From positions 1-60,522 of the forward strand of contig CAZQMA010000006.1 of NCBI GenBank assembly GCA_964594275.1: DNA of 60,522 nucleotides, in the 5' to 3' direction. The translations under genes were made by a program, and so were the position numbers. This stretch comes from an uncultured Ruminococcus sp. (GTDB lineage Bacteria; Bacillota; Clostridia; Oscillospirales; Ruminococcaceae). This document shows positions 18,650 through 26,897 of the stretch, piece after piece (positions within the stretch are counted from its first letter, which is position 1; each line of letters starts with the position of its first letter). Below the pieces are notes generated by a model. The model made no database searches and was not told the DNA's origin. It saw nothing but the letters and a program-made list of their open reading frames with translations.

Positions 18650-19127
18650 TTACCTTGAAAGGAGAACCCTGTAACCCTCTGTCAGGGGCTTTATGTGCGC
18701 CGGATGGTTTTCGGCGAAAACGAAGATTTTCTCTCCCAAACCCTTATCAAGAAATGCACACAATTCTTCATCCGAATACTTTGCCATGCTTTCACACAAT
18801 TCAGACACTGCTATAACTGTTTTTCCATTTTCTCCCTTCATCATGCGGAATGGCCATATACGGCAGTCAAAGGGACGTTTCTCCCGAGGTAGTATACAGC
18901 CCCTTTCTCCCAACATAGGGCAGGCAAAAAGCTCACCGTCTGAGAGTTTCGGTGCTGTGAATGTACCGTTTTCAATAGCAGCATCCGGGTTCACATCAAG
19001 TACAGCAGTAATGTTTTCCGCTTCAAGTATGGGCAATTCCCAGGTATCGGTGCTGTCAAATATACAGCAGAGTCGGCACTCTGCACAGGACTGTGTAGTT
19101 AGAATTTCTTTGAGCATGGCGGCTCCT
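18650..19127 (-). CDS. YkgJ-family CxxCxxCC cysteine-cluster protein
   Basis: CAECRLCC motif plus further Cys residues. Start MLKEIL at 19127 behind a GAAAGGAG RBS. Confidence 0.45.
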
Positions 19128-19153
19128 TTCAATAAAAGATTAACCGTCCCGAA

Positions 19154-19178
19154 AATAAATCGGGACGGCATTATTAAA
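19154..19178 (-). terminator. hairpin between ilvE and the YkgJ-like gene (attenuator/terminator)
   Basis: CCGTCCCG-n9-CGGGACGG, followed on the minus strand by a T-rich tract. Confidence 0.4.
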
Positions 19179-19186
19179 AAAATAAA

Positions 19187-20254
19187 TTACAGTTCAACAG
19201 TCCAGCCGAATGTATCTTCAACCTTACCCCACTGCATACCTGTCAGTGTATCGTAAATCTTCTGAGAAATCGGACCAATCTTGTTGTTGTTGATTTCCAT
19301 AACCTTATCGCCCCACTTCAGATGACCAACAGGGGAAATAACTGCCGCTGTACCTGTACCGAATACCTCCTGGAGTTTGCCTGCATCATATGCATCTGCT
19401 ACTTCCTGAATAGAGATTCTTCTTTCGGAAACATTCATTCCCCAGCTCTTGCACAGCTCAACTGTGGATTTTCTTGTGATACCACCCAGAATAGAGCCTG
19501 CATCCAGAGAAGGTGTTACAACCTCGCCGTCAATTACAAAGAAGATGTTCATTGCGCCAACCTCTTCAATGTACTTCTGCTCAACACCATCAAGCCACAG
19601 TACCTGAGAGTAGTTCAGCTTGTGAGCGTCGTCCTGGCTGTGGAGAGATGCAGCGTAGTTGCCGCCTGTCTTAGCAAAGCCCATACCGCCTCTTACGGCA
19701 CGTACATACTTGTCCTCAACATAGATGCTTACAGGATTCAAACCTGATGCATAATATGCGCCTGAAGGGCTGAGGATGATGATAAAGAGATACTGGTCAC
19801 CTGCACGTACGCCAAGGAATGGGTCAACTGCCACGATAAATGGTCTGATGTACAGAGATGTGCCATCCAGTGTGGGAACCCAGTCTTTATCTACCTCCAG
19901 AAGTTCTCTCAGACACTGCATTGCCAGGTCAACGGGAAGCTCGGGAATTACCAGACGTTCATTGGACTTATTGAGTCTTTTGAAATTCTCCTCAGGACGG
20001 AAGAGCTGAATCTTGTTCTCAGCTGTACGGTAAGCCTTCATACCCTCGAATACGGTCTGACCGTAGTGGAGACACATTGCCGCAGGACTGAGCGAGAGAT
20101 TGCCGTAAGGGAGAATCTCAGGGTCATGCCAACCCTTGTCTGCGTCATAGGGCATTACCAACATATGGTCGGTGAAAACGTGACCAAAGCCCAACTTGCT
20201 TTCATCGGTAGGCTTAGCCTTGGGTGCTGTTGTAAGAGTCTTTTTGATTTCCAT
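19187..20254 (-). CDS. ilvE: branched-chain amino acid aminotransferase
   Basis: Class IV aminotransferase sequence ([13 protein letters not shown]...EGMKAYR...). Confidence 0.9.
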   Translation of the reverse strand: MEIKKTLTTAPKAKPTDESKLGFGHVFTDHMLVMPYDADKGWHDPEILPYGNLSLSPAAMCLHYGQTVFEGMKAYRTAENKIQLFRPEENFKRLNKSNERLVIPELPVDLAMQCLRELLEVDKDWVPTLDGTSLYIRPFIVAVDPFLGVRAGDQYLFIIILSPSGAYYASGLNPVSIYVEDKYVRAVRGGMGFAKTGGNYAASLHSQDDAHKLNYSQVLWLDGVEQKYIEEVGAMNIFFVIDGEVVTPSLDAGSILGGITRKSTVELCKSWGMNVSERRISIQEVADAYDAGKLQEVFGTGTAAVISPVGHLKWGDKVMEINNNKIGPISQKIYDTLTGMQWGKVEDTFGWTVEL

Positions 20255-20351
20255 TTCTATTACACCTCATATTATTAGATTAGCGGGCGAAAGTTCCCGT
20301 TCAATGGTTCTATTATACCACACTTTTTTATTCTTGTAAATTGCTTTTTGC

Positions 20352-20378
20352 AAAAATGTTCCACGTGGAACGTTTTTT
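20352..20378. repeat. palindrome family member AAAAATGTTCCACGTGGAACGTTTTTT
   Basis: 13-bp arms with one mismatch. Abuts the stop codon of the radical-SAM gene. Confidence 0.85.
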
Positions 20379-20992
20379 CAGCTTACATATTCTCTGATTC
20401 TGAGATATATTCCCAACTTTTTAGCGATAATTTTAGCGGCTTCAATTTCCTCTGTGGGAATAACATCAACCACCGTGAACATAACCTTTTTCACATAGGG
20501 CTTACAATCAACCGCAAACTTTTGCATGGCTTCAAAGCTCTCCTCGCCAAACTTCGGACGGGTAACACGGAGATACTCCTCCTTTGTACCTGCGTTAAGA
20601 CTTATGGAAACCGTGTCAATTCTTCCCTCAAAAAGCTCCGCTGTGGGCTTCTTGTTGATAATGTCGGAGAGACCGTTTGTGTTGAGACGTGTAGGTACAC
20701 CAGGGTAGTTTTCCTTTACAAAATCAGCCACATCACAGAGAAGCTCCAAGGCTTCTGTGGGTTCACCGTAGCCGCAGAATACAACCTCAGTATATTTATC
20801 GGGATTCATTTCACCAATTGCTTTCTTCATTTCCTCAAGGGTAGGCTCTCTCTCCAACCACAGCGGGTCAGAACCGTATGCACCATCGCCATTATTGCGG
20901 ATGCAAAAGGTGCATGCACAGGGACAGCGATTTGTAAGGTTTATATAAAGCTTGTCCTCAACAGGATAAGCAAGGGTCATCGACTTTGTCAT
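20378..20992 (-). CDS. small radical-SAM protein (possibly the TatD-associated type)
   Basis: CPCACTFC matches the CxxxCxxC pattern. About 200 aa. RBS AAAGGAGA. Subfamily assignment is tentative. Confidence 0.55.
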   Translation of the reverse strand: MTKSMTLAYPVEDKLYINLTNRCPCACTFCIRNNGDGAYGSDPLWLEREPTLEEMKKAIGEMNPDKYTEVVFCGYGEPTEALELLCDVADFVKENYPGVPTRLNTNGLSDIINKKPTAELFEGRIDTVSISLNAGTKEEYLRVTRPKFGEESFEAMQKFAVDCKPYVKKVMFTVVDVIPTEEIEAAKIIAKKLGIYLRIREYVS

Positions 20993-21094
20993 GGACAGTT
21001 TCTCCTTTCAGCCGTTATAATATAACAGTGGCAACCTATGGCCACCACTGTCTTTGGCTTATATTATAGTATATTTCACCCCGTTTGTCAAGGC

Positions 21095-21604
21095 TCAGCC
21101 TGTTATATGCTCTATAATTCCTGCAAGGCTGTTCCATGTGGCATGGTCAACACGGTCATCATTCTCGTTTCTGCTCATAAGACGAAAGCTTCTCACTGCA
21201 TCCATAGTTGGTCGATCATAGTAGCCTGTAACTTCTACCGCAGGAACATTCCCGAATATTCCTGCAAGCTCCGACAGCATTGCCTGAACTATAAAAACCG
21301 CAAGTCCGCTATCTCCCTCTGTAATATGCTCCCTGTCCTTTGGAAAGACTCGAAGCCGTCTCGGCTCACTGCCAAAGCTTCCATAATGCTCGGCGGAAAT
21401 GGCATTCCAGGTGGCGTGATTTACTTCCCCCGTGGATCTCAGTCCTCTTGTCTGCTGATAAGCTTTTACTGCTTCGGCAGTTTCTCTGCCGTATATGCCA
21501 TCGGGTACAATATGGAGAAGTCGGCTGTCTCTATAAGAAAGGTCGCCTAGCATCTCCTGAAGCTCTTTTACATGGTCACGTTTCTGACTGGGTGTATATG
21601 ACAT
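21095..21604 (-). CDS. protein with two peptidoglycan-binding (PG_binding_1-like) domains
   Basis: Repeated motif GIYGRETAEAVKAYQQTRGLRSTGEVNHATWNAI. Confidence 0.55.
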   Translation of the reverse strand: MSYTPSQKRDHVKELQEMLGDLSYRDSRLLHIVPDGIYGRETAEAVKAYQQTRGLRSTGEVNHATWNAISAEHYGSFGSEPRRLRVFPKDREHITEGDSGLAVFIVQAMLSELAGIFGNVPAVEVTGYYDRPTMDAVRSFRLMSRNENDDRVDHATWNSLAGIIEHITG

Positions 21605-21616
21605 GATAACTCCTCC

Positions 21617-23026
21617 TTAAGTATCACCTGAAATGGTATAGCCGGGTGACTGGTAGGGACGCTTATCCATACCAAATCTCAGGTCTGAGTAAAGCTCGGT
21701 GATGCTGTCCCATATAACTGAGCCTACAGCACCGTTTTCCGGGTAGCCGTAGAGCTTCTGAAATGCTATTACCGCCGCCTTTGTCACAGGACCGAAATAG
21801 CCTGTTACGCTAACATCGTTTATTTCAGGGTAAGTGTTGTGGATGTAGCTGAGATAGGTCTGCAAAAGCCGTACATACTCTCCGCTAGCTCCCTCCCTGA
21901 GTATAACTCCCGGATAGAGTACAACATTTCCAAGGCTAGCGTTGGGCTCAGGTGAATTATCAAGGATTCCATCGTAGGCTCGATAGATGTCTCTTGCAGT
22001 CTCACGGTCAACAACACCTGTTTCAGGCAGTCCAAACACCCTCTGAAAGGATTTAACCGAATTCTCCGTCTGACTTCCGAAATAGCCCGTTATAGGCACT
22101 GGGTCAACGTCCTCATAATATGCTCCTATAACCGCCAGATAATACTGTAAACCACGGACGTTCTGTCCTTGCATCCCTGCCCGTATGTCCTCAGTAAACT
22201 GTTTCATGGTTTCTTCCTGACGCAGACCCTCTGAATTAAGCTCCGCAAGCTTCTTTACACTTACAAAGATATAAGCAAGCTTATTCCAAGTTGCCTTGTC
22301 TACAACACCCGTTTCAGGCAAGTCGAAAATCTGCTGAAAGACTCTTACTGCCTCCTCCGTTGCATAGTCAAAATCCCCACTTACATCACCGATTTTCGGT
22401 ATGGCAGGGTAATTTCCGGAGATGCGGTTAAGCTGTACCTGGATGGTACGTGCTTCATTTCCCACAAAGCCCAGAGAAAGGGGGAAGCCGGGGTAGGACG
22501 GCGTACCTGTTCGGATGGGAGCATTTCTTACAATATCTATATCGTCCCCGTAGTAGTACTGGAGTATCTCATAGGGCGTCAGTCCATCATCGGCAAGCCC
22601 TACCGTTCCCCATTGAGATAATCCCTCGCAGGTTGCAGTTGTACCGTTGCAGAAGGCGGTAAACAAAGGCTCAACTGCCCCTCTCCGCCGTACATAATCA
22701 TCAAATATCTCGTCTACTATCCTGGAGATATTCTCAAAAATCTGTCGCCCCTTGATGAACTTCTGGTCGTACTGGGTGCTGTCGGTGATGTCAAAATCAT
22801 AGCCCCTGATTCTGTACCACTCAGTATAGACACGGTTCAAAGCAAAGCTCACTATTGCATAGATATTAGCTCTCAGCGCAGCTTCGTTCCAAGTCGGATA
22901 AATCTCACTGGAAGCCACGTTTTTGATGTATTCGGGAAAGGGCAGGGTTACATTCTCGGCATTGCTGTCCGGCGTTCCGAGATGCACTGTTATGGTTTCA
23001 GGGATATAGGGTTCTCCTGAGGGCAT
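21617..23026 (-). CDS. SpoIID/LytB-like N-terminal domain plus three PG_binding_1 domains; SleC-like spore-cortex-lytic enzyme candidate
   Basis: N-terminal domain ends ...CEGLSQWGTVGLADDGLTPYEILQYYYG (compare SpoIID in this window, GMSQYGANAMAKSGADWREILMYYYKG). Three ...ETG.VD..TW... PG-binding repeats follow. Confidence 0.55.
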   Translation of the reverse strand: MPSGEPYIPETITVHLGTPDSNAENVTLPFPEYIKNVASSEIYPTWNEAALRANIYAIVSFALNRVYTEWYRIRGYDFDITDSTQYDQKFIKGRQIFENISRIVDEIFDDYVRRRGAVEPLFTAFCNGTTATCEGLSQWGTVGLADDGLTPYEILQYYYGDDIDIVRNAPIRTGTPSYPGFPLSLGFVGNEARTIQVQLNRISGNYPAIPKIGDVSGDFDYATEEAVRVFQQIFDLPETGVVDKATWNKLAYIFVSVKKLAELNSEGLRQEETMKQFTEDIRAGMQGQNVRGLQYYLAVIGAYYEDVDPVPITGYFGSQTENSVKSFQRVFGLPETGVVDRETARDIYRAYDGILDNSPEPNASLGNVVLYPGVILREGASGEYVRLLQTYLSYIHNTYPEINDVSVTGYFGPVTKAAVIAFQKLYGYPENGAVGSVIWDSITELYSDLRFGMDKRPYQSPGYTISGDT

Positions 23027-23038
23027 GGCTTCACCTCC

Positions 23039-23653
23039 TTAAAATTCAGGCTCGGTATTCTGGTTTGTGACGGTTTCCCGCTCTATACCTGTAGGCAGCG
23101 GCACCATATTAAAAGGCTGTACCGACGTAACTCCGGCAAACACAGGAACCGCTTCACTTCTCAGCTGTGCATATCCCTCAAGATAGGCTGAAACATTGTA
23201 TACGCTGAATGGCTGTGTCTTTGCCTCATCCTGATTTTTTGCAATGGGCGGTGCAGGAAGCCGCACCTTATCTGTTTGACCGCTTTCATCTGTGAGAAGA
23301 GTATACAGCAAGTCATCGCCCCTTGAAATATACACCGAAACGCCAGCCAAAGGCTGTGCCTGGGATGCAGCTCTTGCTGTAGCCTGGATATAACCATAGG
23401 ATTTATTAGGCGATAGCTCTGAATTTAAATCATCAAAAGGAGCGTTCTCTGCACGGATTACCGTCACAGGCTCAGGTGCAGTTGTTGACTCAGGTGCCGG
23501 TACAGGCTCAGAAACAGAAACTTGTGTGGTTTCCTGCGTTTGTATAGGCGTTGGCTTAGGTGCAGATGCTATATGTGGGTCGGTTTCCGTTCTGTTCTTA
23601 TACATCTCCATCATTTCACGCATATAATCATCGGGTGTTTTTGATATTGGCAT
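23039..23653 (-). CDS. hypothetical protein with a Pro/Thr-rich N-terminal half; first gene of a three-gene operon with the SleC-like gene
   Basis: ORF with RBS. Spacers of 12 nt to each downstream gene, each with AAGGAGG. Confidence 0.4.
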   Translation of the reverse strand: MPISKTPDDYMREMMEMYKNRTETDPHIASAPKPTPIQTQETTQVSVSEPVPAPESTTAPEPVTVIRAENAPFDDLNSELSPNKSYGYIQATARAASQAQPLAGVSVYISRGDDLLYTLLTDESGQTDKVRLPAPPIAKNQDEAKTQPFSVYNVSAYLEGYAQLRSEAVPVFAGVTSVQPFNMVPLPTGIERETVTNQNTEPEF

Positions 23654-23705
23654 AACCTTACCTCCATGGATTTATATTTTTTTAATCCATTATATGTACA
23701 CATTG

Positions 23706-23742
23706 CCAAAAAAAGAATCGCCATTCCTTTGAACGGCGATTC
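23706..23742 (-). terminator. intrinsic terminator after the DUF378 gene
   Basis: GAATCGCC-n12-GGCGATTC followed by TTTTTTT on the minus strand. Confidence 0.7.
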
Positions 23743-23759
23743 GTAACCTATACTTATAC

Positions 23760-23972
23760 TTAAACCTGCTGAGAGTCGACAACTGCGTCACTTCTGAAAA
23801 GAAGTGATACGCACCAGACTGCACTTATGGCAACGAGAATATAAACCGCTCGGCTGAGAAGAGAGTCTCCTCCTCCGAAAAGCCATGCTACAAGGTCAAA
23901 GCGGAAGATTCCCACCAGACCCCAGTTTAATCCTCCGATAATAAGAAGTATAAGGGCAATTTTATCCCACAT
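23760..23972 (-). CDS. DUF378-family small membrane protein
   Basis: IALILLIIGGLNWGLVGIFRFDLVAWLFGG is typical of DUF378. Start MWDK behind RBS AAAGAGGTGA. Confidence 0.65.
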   Translation of the reverse strand: MWDKIALILLIIGGLNWGLVGIFRFDLVAWLFGGGDSLLSRAVYILVAISAVWCVSLLFRSDAVVDSQQV

Positions 23973-24364
23973 AGAGTTCACCTCTTTCATGCTGGATTTG
24001 GATTTGCAAGGCTATTATCTGTCGAATAATTGTACTTATTCCCAAAACCAGTCGGTAAACCTTTGTAAAAAAGACTGTTTGAAATTGTGTGCATATTAGA
24101 CAAATAAATCCCTGTTCAGGAATTTTATTCCAAAATCACTTGACTATATTCATGAAATCGTGTATAATAAGTGCAGTGAGAGTAATCCATTATTTGAATT
24201 ATTATCACTCGTTTTGTTGTCTCCTTTCTTTTGTTCTATTTATAACCTTATTTTTAATGCCGGAGCATTTGAGCTTCCGGCATATTTTTTACCCGTTTGT
24301 GCAATATTTCGGGGTGGTGCAGTCCTGCTTTATCAGGAAAACACCACCCCTTTTTCTTTTATTA

Positions 24365-24955
24365 TCACATGCCCAGACGCTTCTTGTATGCCAGAAGTAG
24401 CATCTTCTTTTCCTCAGATGTACTCTCACCATCAACAGCTATTATACACACTGTATTATTGTCGCCTTTTAACATGGTAAGTTCCATTCTGCCGCTGTCA
24501 TAACTACGGATAAAGAAGTCATCGGTACGTTCTATGATTTCAGCCCCGTCAACATTACCCTGGGCAATTATTAAACCGTGAATTGAATCACAGCCTGACT
24601 GGGAGTATTCCACTATTACCTCAGCTTGCTGTCCCTTTTCGTTTTCATAGTCAAGCACATATCGGCTGTCTGAAAGTGTAATCTCCTTTACCTCCGAAAG
24701 CCTTTCCTCTGGTATAGGAAGTTCAAAGGCATCGGGATGCTTTTCACTGTATTCCTCTGAAAAAGCTCTGTAATCGGAGTAGCTTTCAGTGGTTTCGGGA
24801 GTGGGTACTTCGGCGGATACAATGTGTACCGTAGTTACTTCTCCTGCGCTTTTTTCAACACTACTCTTACTGCTTGGCATACAGCCTGTACACAGCAGAA
24901 GTCCTGCACTTACTACTGCCGCCATAACAAATATTCTATTAAAATGTCTTTTCAT
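24365..24955 (-). CDS. hypothetical lipoprotein
   Basis: Signal peptide plus lipobox LLCTGC. Confidence 0.45.
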   Translation of the reverse strand: MKRHFNRIFVMAAVVSAGLLLCTGCMPSSKSSVEKSAGEVTTVHIVSAEVPTPETTESYSDYRAFSEEYSEKHPDAFELPIPEERLSEVKEITLSDSRYVLDYENEKGQQAEVIVEYSQSGCDSIHGLIIAQGNVDGAEIIERTDDFFIRSYDSGRMELTMLKGDNNTVCIIAVDGESTSEEKKMLLLAYKKRLGM

Positions 24956-25032
24956 TGTTATTGTCCTTTCAGGTGATATGGTTTTATTATAATTGATTCA
25001 TAGGCGAATGTCAAGGTAACCGGATAAATAAA

Positions 25033-25062
25033 AAGGCTACCACTCCAAAAAGTGATAGCCTT
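25033..25062 (-). terminator. intrinsic terminator after the VanY-like gene
   Basis: AAGGCTACCACT-n6-AGTGATAGCCTT, followed on the minus strand by TTTTTATTT. Confidence 0.65.
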
Positions 25063-25068
25063 AAACTT

Positions 25069-26598
25069 TTATTCAGCCTCAGTTGTATCCTCAGTATCCT
25101 CTGCATATACAGAATCAACTCCCAGATACTCCTCCAGAGACAAGCCCAGCTCTGTAATCTCTGCTGCGACCTCTGTTCCAACATAACGGATATGCCACGG
25201 CTCGTACTTATATCCTGTAATATCAGTTTTGTCTTCAGCATAACGGATGATAAAGCCGTATTCGTGGGCATGCTCCCGGAGCCACGCAGCCTCTGGTGTT
25301 GCACCGAAAGCATCGTCGATGGTGTTTACGTCGATTGCAAGTCCCGACTGATGTTCGGAATGTCCTGCTCTTGCAGAGAAGGTATCTGCCTGCTCCTGCC
25401 CATAAAGTTCTGTATAGTTGGCAAATATAGTGGACTGAAGGTTGTAGCTTCTGTAGCCTGAACCCAGATAGATATTGCAGCCGTCTATCGCTGCTGCCTC
25501 ACACAGCGCATTAAAGGCAAGCTTTGTATCCTCGGTAAGGTCACCGGGATCATATTCAGCGGGTGCATCGTAGCTCTTGTTGAGGATAAGAATACCGTCC
25601 ACATATGTAACGCCGTCCTTCTCTTCAATATGACGCACCGTAACATTCATTTTTGCCTCTACGGAAGGATTTCCCTTGGCGGTGATTGTAATTGTACACA
25701 CACCTGCACCTTCACCTGTCACAATACCCTCAGGTGTTACCGTAGCTACAGATTCATCACTGCTTACCCAATCCAGGTCGCCTGCATCTGCTTCGCCCTT
25801 AGTTGCCATGCCAATTTTAAGTGCCTTAGAGTCACCCTCAAGAATTGCTGTAAGTTCAGTCATAGGTGTAATGGAAAGGATATTGCAGTCTGCCGCTACT
25901 GTAGACTCCTCAGAAATAACATTTTCCTCTGGGTCAGTACCGGTTACATTGTTGGAAATAGCTGTCTTGTCCTTTTCATCATCTTTATTATTAACAGACT
26001 TTACAATAAGTCCTACGCCCAGACTTACAATAAAGACTGCTGCCAACCCGATTGCTATACGCATAATACGATTGTTGCGTCTTACTCTCTTTCTGCGTTG
26101 AGACGCAGTTTCCTTGGGAAGCTCAGGGTTGAAGTAGCCCTCTGCGTCCTCGGATACCTTTTCGTACTTGCCGGGCTTCCGGAAGAAGTCCTCCGCTCTC
26201 TGAGGTGTAGGTTCCTCTGTAGCAGATGGCTCCTTTTCGTATTTACCACGTGTTATCGGTGCAGCTTCCGGTACAGGTGCGGCTTCGTGCTTAGGCTGAT
26301 ATGCAGGCTCGTCATGGCGCTGCATTTCCTCAATGATAGACGCTTCCGATTCTGAGTAACGGTCTGCCTTGGCATTTCTCGCCGCACTCTCCGCTGCTGC
26401 CTGCATTGCGGCTTCCTTCTCTATTGTAAGCTCCCGCACAGAATGAGCTGCAGGACGAGCGTTGTCATGAGCGACACTCTCTCGTCTCAGCATCTCCGTG
26501 ATTTCACTTTCCCTTTCTAAATCAACCGTGCCAAGTTCACGTTCAAGAAGCTTCTGGAATTCTTCAAATTCTTTTTCTGTCATGTTTTTGCTTTCCAT
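25069..26598 (-). CDS. membrane-anchored D-Ala-D-Ala carboxypeptidase (VanY/M15B-like) with a Big_2-like domain
   Basis: Charged N-terminus, TM helix, Ig-like segment, and a C-terminal M15B region (...SGYRSY...HSEHQSGLAIDV...EPWHIRYVG). Start MESKN behind AAGGAGG. Confidence 0.75.
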   Translation of the reverse strand: MESKNMTEKEFEEFQKLLERELGTVDLERESEITEMLRRESVAHDNARPAAHSVRELTIEKEAAMQAAAESAARNAKADRYSESEASIIEEMQRHDEPAYQPKHEAAPVPEAAPITRGKYEKEPSATEEPTPQRAEDFFRKPGKYEKVSEDAEGYFNPELPKETASQRRKRVRRNNRIMRIAIGLAAVFIVSLGVGLIVKSVNNKDDEKDKTAISNNVTGTDPEENVISEESTVAADCNILSITPMTELTAILEGDSKALKIGMATKGEADAGDLDWVSSDESVATVTPEGIVTGEGAGVCTITITAKGNPSVEAKMNVTVRHIEEKDGVTYVDGILILNKSYDAPAEYDPGDLTEDTKLAFNALCEAAAIDGCNIYLGSGYRSYNLQSTIFANYTELYGQEQADTFSARAGHSEHQSGLAIDVNTIDDAFGATPEAAWLREHAHEYGFIIRYAEDKTDITGYKYEPWHIRYVGTEVAAEITELGLSLEEYLGVDSVYAEDTEDTTEAE

Positions 26599-26823
26599 TT
26601 TTAGAAACCTCCTTGTTTCTTTCTTTTTATATGTTTCATTCTTGTGTGTATAGTACAGCATTTTTATAATAATATCATATATCCGAGTTGTTGTCTATCT
26701 GCTTTTAAATATTTTTTTAGAACAAATTCTAAACGTGATGTTCATATTTGTTATTATAGGCAAAAATAGCCACTCTATTTGTAATACTTCAACAAAATTT
26801 AAGCGGCTATTTAATAAAGTTGT

Positions 26824-26852
26824 TGCATTTTGAGCGATGTTGTGTTATAATT
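26824..26852 (+). promoter_or_regulatory. sigma-A promoter: -35 TTGCAT, 17-nt spacer, extended -10 TGtTATAAT, upstream of the GH74 gene
   Basis: Hexamers at 26824-26829 and 26847-26852. Confidence 0.5.
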
Positions 26853-26897
26853 TAGGTATCTAAATTGGTATGAGACAATTCAAAGGGAGGAAAAAAT

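Noticed and set aside
20356-20373. The palindrome read as a LexA (Cheo), CcpA cre or Rex operator.
   Set aside because: Its half-site arrangement, GTTC-N6-GAAC, does not match any of these. Its 3'-of-stop placement, including inside an operon, argues against an operator role.
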